64,000 bases of DNA from Collinsella aerofaciens (GCA_048501115.1 DBFRZS010000024.1:1025-65024); one strand, 5' to 3'; positions 25,942 to 34,978 are shown, counted from the stretch's first letter. Notes: generated by a model from the letters alone, not told the origin. Numbers and translations: made by a program.

Positions 25942-25996
25942 TGTACACCAGCATCCAAAGATGTCGAAAAATGTCGACTTTGGATGCTGGTGTACA
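25942..25996. repeat. 57-nt-family palindromic element (copy 2)
   Basis: GTACACCAGCATCCAAAG...CTTTGGATGCTGGTGTAC, a perfect 18-bp stem. It lies ~50 nt downstream of the glutaredoxin stop on the minus strand, so it probably also terminates transcription. Confidence 0.85.
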
Positions 25997-26043
25997 TGTT
26001 TAGGCCGTATGGGGTGGGGCCTTGGGCGGACGGGATGCGCATG

Positions 26044-26289
26044 CTAGAGCAGGTTCTTCTGTACCCATGCGATGATGTCGCTCGACTCGTAGAGTGGCTT
26101 GCCGTCGATGAATAGGCAGGGAACCTGGCGCTTTCCGCCGGCGGCGATGAGTGTCTGCTCGGCTTCGGTATCGGTCGAGATATTGCGCTCGGGAATGGTC
26201 ACGCCGTTATCGGCTAAAAAGCGCTTGACCTTTATGCAATACGGGCAGCCGGTCATAACGTAAAGCACGAGCTCGTGATCAGTAGTCAT
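26044..26289 (-). CDS. Glutaredoxin-family protein
   Basis: Start at ATG 26287-26289 after GGAGAC. LVLYVMTGCPYCIKVKRFL (CPYC active site), 81 aa. Confidence 0.85.
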   Translation of the reverse strand: MTTDHELVLYVMTGCPYCIKVKRFLADNGVTIPERNISTDTEAEQTLIAAGGKRQVPCLFIDGKPLYESSDIIAWVQKNLL

Positions 26290-26340
26290 AGGTCTCCAAT
26301 CGGTTGCGGTTTTGATTGAAATACCCAAAGCCGCCGCGGT

Positions 26341-27168
26341 CTATGCGCGGACCAGTGACGACTCGATGGCCTGGACCAGAAACGCCGTGGCTCCGGTGCC
26401 GCAGGGCTTGTCGTAGTAGTCAACAAAGCGCTGGTCGGCAAGATAACCATTGGCGAGGCCCAGGTACGCTTCGTTCTGGGGCTCGCATCCCCAGTTGAGG
26501 GCAATCCAGCGACGATGCATCGCGACAAGCTTGCGAGCCTCGCTTCCATTCGCATCGCCATCGCCCATGGCAATCGAGAGTTGGCCCAGAATAGCTCGTT
26601 CAAGTTCCTTCATGTCGTTCCATGTCTCGGGGTCCATGTCCAGCAGTGCTTCGTTTGCTGCGTCGATCGCCTCGTCGCCGTAGCGCTTCCGGGCTTCGGC
26701 GCCGTAGCGCTCCTCGTTTTCCTGCACGGTGCGCCAGCGCTCCAGTTGCGGCAGGACGGCGCCCATGAGCGAGACGGCTTCGTCGAGCGACATACCGGTG
26801 TTCTGTGCCAGGCGCGGGGCACAATCCTCGATCATTGCCTCCATGGTGGTGTCGTAGGTGTACTTGCCGTGGTCGTAGCACCACTTGCAGTAATGGTCGG
26901 TCGTGGCGCCTGTGGCATCGGTGCCGCAGTCGTCGGGCGTGAGTATCATGCCGCAGCTCTGGCAATAATGCTCGGGCATTTCGAGCAGGTGGGACAGTGG
27001 CTCGCCGGTTACGGCGGCAATGAGCTTCATCATGTCGATGCCCGGGGTGACCTCGTCGCGCTCCCAACGGCTGACGGCTTGGCGCGTGACAAAGAGTTTG
27101 GCGGCGAACTGCTCCTGGGTAAGGTGATGGGCGCGACGGATGGCAATGAGCTTTTCTGCAAAGGCCAT
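26341..27168 (-). CDS. XRE-HTH / zinc-ribbon / TipAS-like domain fusion regulator
   Basis: N-terminal LTQEQFAAKLFVTRQAVSRWERDEVTP. Central CQSCGM...YCKWCY. The C-terminal ...RYGDEAIDAANE...WIALNWG...YLADQRFVDYYD resembles the TipAS antibiotic-recognition domain. Confidence 0.75.
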   Translation of the reverse strand: MAFAEKLIAIRRAHHLTQEQFAAKLFVTRQAVSRWERDEVTPGIDMMKLIAAVTGEPLSHLLEMPEHYCQSCGMILTPDDCGTDATGATTDHYCKWCYDHGKYTYDTTMEAMIEDCAPRLAQNTGMSLDEAVSLMGAVLPQLERWRTVQENEERYGAEARKRYGDEAIDAANEALLDMDPETWNDMKELERAILGQLSIAMGDGDANGSEARKLVAMHRRWIALNWGCEPQNEAYLGLANGYLADQRFVDYYDKPCGTGATAFLVQAIESSLVRA

Positions 27169-27300
27169 AGCGGCTCCTTTCTGCTGGTTGATGGCTTAAG
27201 CATACGCGGCGGCAGGCGCCCTTCCAAGCAACCGTTGGTTGCACGACAGGAGTCCGCGGCGAAGAATTGCGCGCAACGCCCCACACCTTCATGCCGTACA

Positions 27301-28047
27301 ATGGCCGGCATGGAACCTATTGCTCACATACATACCGATCTGCCGCAGAAGTTCGGCATTCCGCGCAACAGCTTTTTGGCGCCTCATCTACAGGGACGAA
27401 TCGTCTTTGAGCCGGAATTTGCCTCCAACGCGGCGGTTGAGGGTCTGGACTCCTTCTCTCACCTGTGGCTGCTGTGGCGCTTTGAAAACGGAACGCCCGG
27501 CGGTACGGCTAAGGACATAGCTACCGATGCCAAGTCGCAGGACAGGTCCGGCACCAATGCCAAGTGGTCGAAAACCGTGCGCCCGCCGCGTCTGGGTGGA
27601 GCCGAGCGCGTGGGCGTGTTTGCCACGCGCAGTCCGTTTCGCCCTAATCCCATTGGGCTTACCTGCGTCAAGCTCGATCGCGTCGAGCTCACCGACAATG
27701 GCCCCATCATTCATGTGCTGGGGGCCGACCTGCGTGACGGCACACCCATCTACGACATTAAGCCCTACATTCCATTTGCCGACTGTCACCCGGATGCGAC
27801 CGGCGGCTGGATTGAGGACGCTCCGTGGCAAGAGCTCGACGTCGAGTTCCCGCAGGCGCTGCAGGATATGGTCCCGCCCGCAAAGCTCCCCGGTCTGGTC
27901 GAGGTTCTTCGCCAAGATCCGCGCCGCGCGGGCAGCAAGCACGAGCCAAACCGCGTTTACCACTTGGCCTACGCCGGGCTCGACATATCGTTTACGGTCG
28001 ATGAAACCCAGCTAACCGTAGTCGCCGTCAACGACGCGCGAGACTAA
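27301..28047 (+). CDS. trmO: tRNA (N6-threonylcarbamoyladenosine(37)-N6)-methyltransferase TrmO (TsaA family)
   Basis: GIPRNS..., SHLWLLWRF, FATRSPFRPNPIGLTCVKL, GTPIYDIKPYIP. The ORF-track frame 26515-28047 is open far upstream, but only the part from ATG 27301 looks coding. Confidence 0.85.
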   Translation: MAGMEPIAHIHTDLPQKFGIPRNSFLAPHLQGRIVFEPEFASNAAVEGLDSFSHLWLLWRFENGTPGGTAKDIATDAKSQDRSGTNAKWSKTVRPPRLGGAERVGVFATRSPFRPNPIGLTCVKLDRVELTDNGPIIHVLGADLRDGTPIYDIKPYIPFADCHPDATGGWIEDAPWQELDVEFPQALQDMVPPAKLPGLVEVLRQDPRRAGSKHEPNRVYHLAYAGLDISFTVDETQLTVVAVNDARD

Positions 28048-28159
28048 CCGGCCATTCGTCCGCACCCGTCAAATTAAGCGCCAAACCCCGCGCCAAAACC
28101 GCCCACGCTGGTGGACAATAACGCCTAACGAATCATTCCGCTCTGCACGGGAGTCCAGC

Positions 28160-29374
28160 ATGAAATATGACTTCACTTCAATCATCGACCGCCACGGCAT
28201 GGACTCCATCGCCGTTGACTCTTGGGGCGAGATCCCCGGCATGGCTCCGAACGCACCCGACGAGGGCTTCGACCGCATTCCCATGTGGGTGGCCGACATG
28301 AACTTTGCCACGGTGCCCACGGTCCAGGAACACATCATTCAGCGCGCCCAGCACCCCATGTTTGGCTATTTCAATCCGCGCTCCGAGTATTTCGACCGCA
28401 TCATCGAATGGCAGAGCCGCCGCAATGGCGTCGAGGGCCTGCGCCCTGAACATATCGGCTACGAAAACGGCGTGCTGGGCGGTGTCGTGTCGACGTTGCG
28501 CGCGTATGTCCAGCCGGGCGATGCGGTGCTGGTCCATAGCCCCACCTACATCGGCTTTACCAAATCCATCGAAGCCGCGGGCTATCGTATTGTCCACAGC
28601 CCGCTTAAGCTCGACGATCAAGGCGTGTGGCGTATGGACTTTGAGGACATGGAGCACAAGCTCGCCCAAAACCACATCCATGCCGCGGTGTTCTGCTCGC
28701 CGCACAATCCCTGCGGCCGCGTATGGGAGCGCGACGAGATCGAGCGCGCCATGGACATCTATCGCCAGCACGATTGTGTGGTGATCTCGGACGAGATTTG
28801 GTCCGATATCATCCTGCCGGGGCACAAGCATATCCCGACGCAGTCGGTGAGCGAGGATGCCCGCATGCGTACGGTTGCCCTCTACGCGCCCAGCAAGACG
28901 TTCAACCTGGCGGGCTTGGTCGGCAGCTACCACATTATCTACAACGAGACGCTGCGCGACCGCATATGCGCTGTGTCTAACAAGACCCACTACAACGAGA
29001 TGAATGTCCTCTCCATGCATGCGCTTATCGGTGCCTACCAGCCGCAAGGCTACGAGTGGGTGGACGAGCTCAACCAGGTGCTTGCCGGCAATATCGAGTA
29101 CTTCTGCGATTACGTGGACGAGCATTTTGGGGGCGTGTCCTATTCGCGTCCGCAGGGCACGTACATGGTGTTTCTGGACTGCACCGAGTGGTGCCGCGAG
29201 CATGGCCGCGATATTCAGTGGTTGCTCGACGAGGGGGCGCGCGTGGGCGTGGGGTATCAGGACGGCCGCCCGTTCCACGGGCCCCGCCACATTCGCGTGA
29301 ATCTGGCGCTGCCGCTTTCGCGCGTGAGGGAAGCGTGCGACCGCCTGGACCGCTACGTTTTTAATGCACGGTAA
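28160..29374 (+). CDS. MalY/PatB-family PLP-dependent C-S lyase (cystathionine beta-lyase-like aminotransferase class I/II)
   Basis: SPHNPCGRVW and APSKTFNLAGL (PLP-Lys) motifs. 404 aa. Confidence 0.85.
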   Translation: MKYDFTSIIDRHGMDSIAVDSWGEIPGMAPNAPDEGFDRIPMWVADMNFATVPTVQEHIIQRAQHPMFGYFNPRSEYFDRIIEWQSRRNGVEGLRPEHIGYENGVLGGVVSTLRAYVQPGDAVLVHSPTYIGFTKSIEAAGYRIVHSPLKLDDQGVWRMDFEDMEHKLAQNHIHAAVFCSPHNPCGRVWERDEIERAMDIYRQHDCVVISDEIWSDIILPGHKHIPTQSVSEDARMRTVALYAPSKTFNLAGLVGSYHIIYNETLRDRICAVSNKTHYNEMNVLSMHALIGAYQPQGYEWVDELNQVLAGNIEYFCDYVDEHFGGVSYSRPQGTYMVFLDCTEWCREHGRDIQWLLDEGARVGVGYQDGRPFHGPRHIRVNLALPLSRVREACDRLDRYVFNAR

Positions 29375-29385
29375 GCGCGCACTGC

Positions 29386-29425
29386 ATGCGGAGCCTTCTG
29401 CCAAGTCGGCTAGAAGGCCCCGCAT
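29386..29425. terminator. Hairpin between convergent genes
   Basis: ATGCGGAGCCTTCT ... AGAAGGCCCCGCAT arms. Confidence 0.45.
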
Positions 29426-29469
29426 GGTAATGCGTCTGTAACCATTGGGCGCAGACCTGCTGCGGAGGT

Positions 29470-29952
29470 TTATTTTTCTTGAATCTGCTTGCCGCAAAGA
29501 TGCTCAATCGTAATCTCGTAGAGCTGGACGCCCTTAATGTCCTTGGCGATTTCCTCCTCGACTTCTTCGGCAGAAGGGTAGTACTTAAGCGCGAGCTGGC
29601 GGACTTTGTCCTCGATGAATGCAGGCGCCTCATCAACTAGGCGACAACGGCCAAAGACCACGGTACTCATAACGTAGGGAGCCCAGTCATTGTCCTTATA
29701 CCACTCGTTACCGTAAACGGTAAAGCAGATCTTGTCATCGCGTTTGAGTGCGTCGACCTTGTGGCCGGCTTTGGCGCCATGGAAATAAATCTTGTCGTGC
29801 TCGGCGTCAAAGAAGTAGTTGACGGGAATGGCATAGGGGTAGCCATCATCGCCGTTGACGGCAAAGACGCCGCGCTTGCAGGTGGCGAGCAACTTGCGCG
29901 CTTCCTCGTCAGTGATGGCGCGTTTCTTTCGACGTAAGGGCCTAAACATCAT
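29470..29952 (-). CDS. Pyridoxamine 5'-phosphate oxidase family (Nim-like) flavoprotein
   Basis: RRKKRAITDEEARKLLATCKRGVFAVNGDDGYPYAIPVNYFFD...IYFHGAKAGHK is the typical split-barrel PNPOx/NimA N-terminus. Confidence 0.75.
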   Translation of the reverse strand: MMFRPLRRKKRAITDEEARKLLATCKRGVFAVNGDDGYPYAIPVNYFFDAEHDKIYFHGAKAGHKVDALKRDDKICFTVYGNEWYKDNDWAPYVMSTVVFGRCRLVDEAPAFIEDKVRQLALKYYPSAEEVEEEIAKDIKGVQLYEITIEHLCGKQIQEK

Positions 29953-29990
29953 TGGCTTCCTTTCTGCTGCGTATGGCGGTTGAGCACAAA

Positions 29991-32828
29991 CTATAGCGAA
30001 ACAGCTCCGTATTTCTTGATGCGGGCGAGCATGTTTTTGAGCTTGTTAAAGTCGACCGGTTTGGACAGATGGGCGTTCATGCCGGCGTCGTGTGCCGCTT
30101 TGGCGTCCTCGGCGAAGGCGTTGGCGGTGAGCGCGATGATGGGGATGTCGGCTGCATCGACCTTCTCGCTCAGGCGAATCGCGCGGGTTGCCTCGTAGCC
30201 GTCCATGCCCGGCATCATGATGTCCATCAGAATCGCATCGAAGCTGCCGGCGGGACGGCCAACGTATAGGTCGACCGCTTCGTTGCCATCGGCGGCGCGA
30301 GTTACGACAATGCCTTCGCTTTCGAGCAGCGCCTGGGCAATCTCGGCATTCAATTCGTTGTCTTCGGCGAGCAGCACGTTCATGTCGGCGAGTGAGCAGT
30401 CGAGCGCCCTCTCGACCGTATTCGCCCGCGTCCGGGGGTTCTTGTCGATATCGAGCGGAATTTCCACGTAGAACGTGGTGCCCACATGGAGTTCGCTGGT
30501 GACTTCGATGGTGCCGCCCATCAGTTCAATAAGCGACTTGACGATTGGCATGCCCATGCCGGTTCCCTGGAACTTGCTGCGCGCATCGTCACCTTCTTGG
30601 GCAAACGGCTCATAGATATGCTTTAAAAACTCGGGAGCCATGCCAATGCCGGTATCCGAAACGCTAAAGCAAAAGAGCGCGCGCCCGTTATCGAGTGGCT
30701 TGGTCTTTGAGCTAAAGGTGACGGAGCCGCCGTGCCTGTTGTACTTAATGCTGTTGTCTAACAGGTTGATCATGATCTGTCGGATATGGATGGGACTGCC
30801 GACCATGTATGGCCCCGTGGCGTATGGCAGACTATTGTCCTGCATGGTGATGCCGTTATCGGATGCGCGGAGCTTGCACAGAACCAGCGTATTGTCACAG
30901 AGCTCTTTGAGGTTAAAAGGCGCATGCTCCAGTGTTAGCTTGCGGTCTTCGGTTTTGCCCATCTCGAGGATGTCGTTGATCAGCGAGAGCAGGTGATTGG
31001 CGGCAACGCGCGCCTTGGCACGGCTCTCGCGGGCGACTTGCATATCGCCTTCCTTCAATTCCTCGATCTCGATAAGGCCCAGGATACCGTTGAGCGGCGT
31101 ACGGATGTCGTGGCTCATGCGCGTGAGGAATGCCGTCTTAGCAGCGTTGGCAGCATCGGCTTTTTTGCGCTCGGTTCGAGCGCGCACGAGCGCCCAGATG
31201 AGCAGGACGATGCCGACCGACAACATACCGATGAGGGTAGCTGCAATGGCGGTGCGGTTGCGGTGGAGAAACTGGAACGTGTCCGATTCTTGCGCCGTGT
31301 ACGACGTTGAGGAGTAATTGCTTGCGGAGAGCGATTCTCCGGCATTGATGATGCCCTTGTTGATGATTCCCGACAGCTCGGGTTTTCCGCGCGAAATCCA
31401 GCACGAGAGCTCACGGGTGTCAGGGAGTTCGGCCGTCTCGCAGTCCTCGAGATCATAACGGTCACCGATGGTTTTTACGCGTGAACTGGGAGCGACGATG
31501 CAGTGCGCCGTTCCCTTCCTGAGGGCGTCGAACGCTTCATCGTCGGATTGGTATTCGGTCACGGTCGCTGTGGGGAACAGACTTTCAAGTACATTTCGGT
31601 TGATAATCGATGATTTGGTGCAGGCGATGTTCTGAAGGTCTTTGTTCAGGTTGCTTCCGGTGTGGATGGCGGTGAGGGATATAGTCCCCAACGATACCGA
31701 CTGCACAACGCCCGATTGCTCGGCAAACCAGTAATCTCGGTATATTGGCAGCGCAACGTCTATGCTTCCCTTTGACAGGGCCTTCGACATCATCTTGTAG
31801 CTATCAAAGGCGACGGTTTTGACCGTAATGCCAAATTGATCGTGCAGCGTCGTTGCAAGCGATGCGAGCGAGCCTTCCATTTCGCCGTCTTCGTCTTCGT
31901 TGCAGTAGGGGAGTTTGCCCGTAATGTAGCCGAGCGTGATGGTGTTGCCATTTGCTTTGAGCCAGGAGCGTTCGGGGCTGTTGAGCGATGATGAACCGCT
32001 GTTTTGGGTCGAGTAGTTAGATTTGACTTCGTCGTTATAGCGTGGGTTGACGCGGGCGATTGCCGTCATGGCAGCATTGATGTCGTTCATCAGGTCGGAA
32101 CGACTTTTGGGGACGGCAAGGTAGTAGTCGCTTGAACCAACGTAGAACATGGGCGACGCCTCGGGCGACGAAATGGTGTCGTTCATGATTGCGGCATCGA
32201 CTTCGTCGTCTGCGAGCGCGTTAAAGAGATCGGATCCTCCGTCATACTCCCTGTATGCGCAGGCGATTCCTTCGTTGGCGAGCCATTGCTGGCCAACGAA
32301 GGTTTGCATAACGCCGGGGTTGCAGCCGATAGTGAGACCCTGGAGTGCTTGAGGGTCACCCTTTGCGAGGTCGTCGCGATCGGGCTTGGCGTAGATGTAG
32401 TAGCGCTCGGTGCCCTCGGGGTTCGAGGAAAAGAGCAGCTTTTGGGCGCGTTCCTCGGAGTAGGAGATGTTGGGCATGAGGTCGATTTCGCCTGCCTCGA
32501 GCATGTCCATAAGCTCGGTGAAGGTGCCGGAGACGTATTCGTACCGCCAGCCGGGCGTGTAGTACGACAGGGTCTGGAGGTACTCGTAGCCCCATCCCGA
32601 GAGGCGCTCGCCGGGGGTGCCGTCCTGGAAGCCCTCGTTGTTGACGAGCCAGCCGACGCGGACCGTCTTGACCTGTTGAACGGTGTTGGCGGCATAGACG
32701 GGGGCGGGCGCGGCGGCGCTCAGCACGGTAAGCGCGACAAGCACGATGACCAAGGCGCGAGATATAACTAAACGAAGGGCGACGGTAGCTCTCAGGTGCA
32801 ATCCTAACGAATCGAGACAATACCACAT
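29991..32828 (-). CDS. Hybrid sensor histidine kinase / response regulator with two periplasmic solute-binding (SBP3-like) domains
   Basis: Signal/TM, two SBP-like repeats, TM, H-box LTRMSHDIRTPLNGI, HATPase GTGMGMPIV, C-terminal receiver VLLAEDNELN...ILMDIMMPGMDG. Confidence 0.9.
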   Translation of the reverse strand: MWYCLDSLGLHLRATVALRLVISRALVIVLVALTVLSAAAPAPVYAANTVQQVKTVRVGWLVNNEGFQDGTPGERLSGWGYEYLQTLSYYTPGWRYEYVSGTFTELMDMLEAGEIDLMPNISYSEERAQKLLFSSNPEGTERYYIYAKPDRDDLAKGDPQALQGLTIGCNPGVMQTFVGQQWLANEGIACAYREYDGGSDLFNALADDEVDAAIMNDTISSPEASPMFYVGSSDYYLAVPKSRSDLMNDINAAMTAIARVNPRYNDEVKSNYSTQNSGSSSLNSPERSWLKANGNTITLGYITGKLPYCNEDEDGEMEGSLASLATTLHDQFGITVKTVAFDSYKMMSKALSKGSIDVALPIYRDYWFAEQSGVVQSVSLGTISLTAIHTGSNLNKDLQNIACTKSSIINRNVLESLFPTATVTEYQSDDEAFDALRKGTAHCIVAPSSRVKTIGDRYDLEDCETAELPDTRELSCWISRGKPELSGIINKGIINAGESLSASNYSSTSYTAQESDTFQFLHRNRTAIAATLIGMLSVGIVLLIWALVRARTERKKADAANAAKTAFLTRMSHDIRTPLNGILGLIEIEELKEGDMQVARESRAKARVAANHLLSLINDILEMGKTEDRKLTLEHAPFNLKELCDNTLVLCKLRASDNGITMQDNSLPYATGPYMVGSPIHIRQIMINLLDNSIKYNRHGGSVTFSSKTKPLDNGRALFCFSVSDTGIGMAPEFLKHIYEPFAQEGDDARSKFQGTGMGMPIVKSLIELMGGTIEVTSELHVGTTFYVEIPLDIDKNPRTRANTVERALDCSLADMNVLLAEDNELNAEIAQALLESEGIVVTRAADGNEAVDLYVGRPAGSFDAILMDIMMPGMDGYEATRAIRLSEKVDAADIPIIALTANAFAEDAKAAHDAGMNAHLSKPVDFNKLKNMLARIKKYGAVSL

Positions 32829-32915
32829 AAGGATACCAGCTCAGCCTGCCTAGCCGGCGGCTGCACCGCTAAACGCTCCCGCCCGGCAGTTGGGGACAGC
32901 CCCTTTCTGCCGGCA

Positions 32916-34475
32916 CAGACGATATGAGCAGGACATAAAAACATTGAGAGCCCCTGCTGCATGAAGGACCGCGGATTAGGCCGACAATGGTGAGTGTCTA
33001 ATTCAGCCGCGGCGGCCACGCCGCATTCATGGAAGGGGCTCCCGTGCTCGATACTACCACCTTCGTCGGCCTCGACGTCCACGCCCGCTCGATAAAGGCA
33101 GTCTCCCTCGACGTCATGACCGGGGAGGTGCGCTGCGCGACCTTCGGCTACGACGCCGGCGCCGTCGCGGGGTGGGTGCGGTCCGTGGACCCAAAGGCCA
33201 GGTGCGTGTACGAGTCCGGGGTCACGGGGTTCGACCTGCAGAAGAGGCTCTCCGGCCTCGGGGTCGACTGCGTGGTCGGCGCCGTCTCGAAGATGATCAA
33301 GCCCAGCGCGGACAGGCGCAGGAAGAACGACCGCAACGACGCCGAGTTCCTCGCCCGCATGCTGTCGGTCGGCAACGTCGTCGAGGTGTGGGTCCCCGAC
33401 GACGAGTGCGAGGCCGCCCGCGACCTGACCAGGGCGCTCGAGGACGCGAGGGACGACCTCTCGCGCGCGAAGCAGCGGCTCTCCAAGTTCCTGCTCAGAC
33501 ACGGGCTCGCCTTCGACGAGAGGACGCCCACCGGCCGCAGGAAGGGCAACTGGACCCGGGCGCACTGGTCCTGGATCGAGTCGATTAGGTTCGCGGAGGG
33601 GGCCGACGAGGAGGTGCTCGCCTACTACGTCGACGCGGTCAGGCGGGCGGCGGAGGAGAAGGCGAGGCTCGAGGGGCTCGTCGAGGCCGAGGCCCGCAAG
33701 CCCAGGTGGAGGAGGAGGGTCGACTCCCTGCGCTGCCTCAAGGGCGTCGACACCGCGACGGCCGCCGACCTCGTGTTCGAGGCCGGCGAGTTCTCGAGGT
33801 TCAGGAACGCCCGGTCGTTCGCGGCGTGGGTCGGCCTGACGCCCTCCGAGCACTCCAGCGGGGAGAGCGACCGCAGGGGCGCGATCACCAAGGCGGGCAA
33901 CAAGCACCTGAGGAAGGCGCTGGTCGAGGCCGCGTGGCACTACCCGACGTGCTCGGGGCGGCCGAAGGACCTCGCCAAGGGCCAGGCCCCGGACCGGGTC
34001 GCCCGCAGGCATGCCGCCAAGGGCGTGCGGAGGCTGGCCGAGAGGCGGGAGGCGCTGCTCGCGCGCGGGGTCCACAACAACAAGGCGAACGTGGCCACGG
34101 CGCGCGAGCTCGCCTGCTGGGTGTGGGCGGTCGGCCTCATGGCCGAGGAGGCGTAGGGGGCCGGTCCCCCGCACATAAGCCGATCACCCCGGAAGCGGTT
34201 CGATCCGAAGCCGTTGAGGCGAACCTCAGGTCCCTTTTCTGCGAGCGCCCAGGGCGCCACACGCGTGCACAGACTGTCGGTTCGACGAAGAAGCCTCAGC
34301 CGTAGCAACGGATTGCCCAGCGAGAGATCGCCACGGGCGGATATTAAACTGCAAAGACGAGCGTCGGGAAGACACGCCGAGGTCGCCGCGGACGGGTTGA
34401 TATAGGGAGAGGGCCTGACCCCATATCGTTGGGGCCAGGCCCGATTTTGCCTCTTGACAATGTCCTGCTCATATT
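32916..34475 (+). mobile_element. IS110-family (IS1111-like layout) insertion sequence, ~1.56 kb
   Basis: Boundaries (+/-3 nt) come from comparing the interrupted REP-like site with the intact copy at 46.72 kb. Sub-terminal inverted repeat ATATGAGCAGGACAT (32922-32936) / ATGTCCTGCTCATAT (34460-34474). GC is visibly higher than in the flanks. Confidence 0.8.
33029..34156 (+). CDS. IS110-family transposase (DEDD recombinase)
   Basis: FVGLDVHARSI (DEDD N-terminal motif), NDRNDAEFLARM, and the C-terminal FRNARSFAAWVGLTPSEHSSGESDRRGAITKAGNKHLRKALVEAAW signature. Confidence 0.9.
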   Translation: MEGAPVLDTTTFVGLDVHARSIKAVSLDVMTGEVRCATFGYDAGAVAGWVRSVDPKARCVYESGVTGFDLQKRLSGLGVDCVVGAVSKMIKPSADRRRKNDRNDAEFLARMLSVGNVVEVWVPDDECEAARDLTRALEDARDDLSRAKQRLSKFLLRHGLAFDERTPTGRRKGNWTRAHWSWIESIRFAEGADEEVLAYYVDAVRRAAEEKARLEGLVEAEARKPRWRRRVDSLRCLKGVDTATAADLVFEAGEFSRFRNARSFAAWVGLTPSEHSSGESDRRGAITKAGNKHLRKALVEAAWHYPTCSGRPKDLAKGQAPDRVARRHAAKGVRRLAERREALLARGVHNNKANVATARELACWVWAVGLMAEEA

Positions 34476-34552
34476 AAAAGGAACGTCCCTAACTGCCGGT
34501 TGTGGGACAATACCGAGCAAACGTGATTGGACGTCTGGGAAAAGGGGTCGCG

Positions 34553-34978
34553 ATGAACAAGTTGAGGACGCTTGCCGATGTGTTGCGACAGGCTGGCTTT
34601 GCGCGCATCACGGGCCTGTTTCTTATCTTCTATCTGCTGTGCTCGACGGCCGTCTGGCTGTCCGAGCCCACGACCCTTACGTTTGGCGATGGACTTTGGT
34701 TTAGCTTTGAGACGGTCTCGACGATCGGCTTTGGCGATATCCCCGCCGAAACGCCGGTTGCCCGCGGCATTACCGTTATCCTAAGCGTCATCAGTATCTT
34801 CTATATCGCCATGCTTACGGGCGTGGCGGTGAACTACTGCAATACGCTCATCAAGCTGCGCCAAAAGGACACCATGGCGCGCTTTATGGACGATCTTGAG
34901 CATTTGGAAGAGCTCGATCGTGACGAGCTCGCCGACCTGTCGCGCCGCGTGCGCGAATATCGCCGGCGCCAACGCTAG
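34553..34978 (+). CDS. Two-TM potassium channel family protein
   Basis: Selectivity filter TVSTIGFGD between two hydrophobic helices. ATG 34553 after AAAGGGG. Confidence 0.8.
   Translation: MNKLRTLADVLRQAGFARITGLFLIFYLLCSTAVWLSEPTTLTFGDGLWFSFETVSTIGFGDIPAETPVARGITVILSVISIFYIAMLTGVAVNYCNTLIKLRQKDTMARFMDDLEHLEELDRDELADLSRRVREYRRRQR

Noticed and set aside
26515-27300. Upstream 260 codons of the ORF-track frame 26515-28047.
   Set aside because: This part is antisense to the XRE-TipAS gene and non-protein-like. TrmO homology begins only at MAGMEPIAH (27301).
32804-34174. 456-aa minus-strand ORF covering the IS110 transposase region.
   Set aside because: It is antisense to a clear IS110-family transposase. 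The Pro/Gly/Arg-rich sequence has no motifs. It is a high-GC shadow.
34454-34475. An outward-facing TTGACA at the right IS end, as a possible hybrid promoter driving the K+ channel gene.
   Set aside because: I could not find a -10 hexamer at suitable spacing in either the flank or a circle-junction reconstruction. It stays a possibility but is not supported by the sequence.
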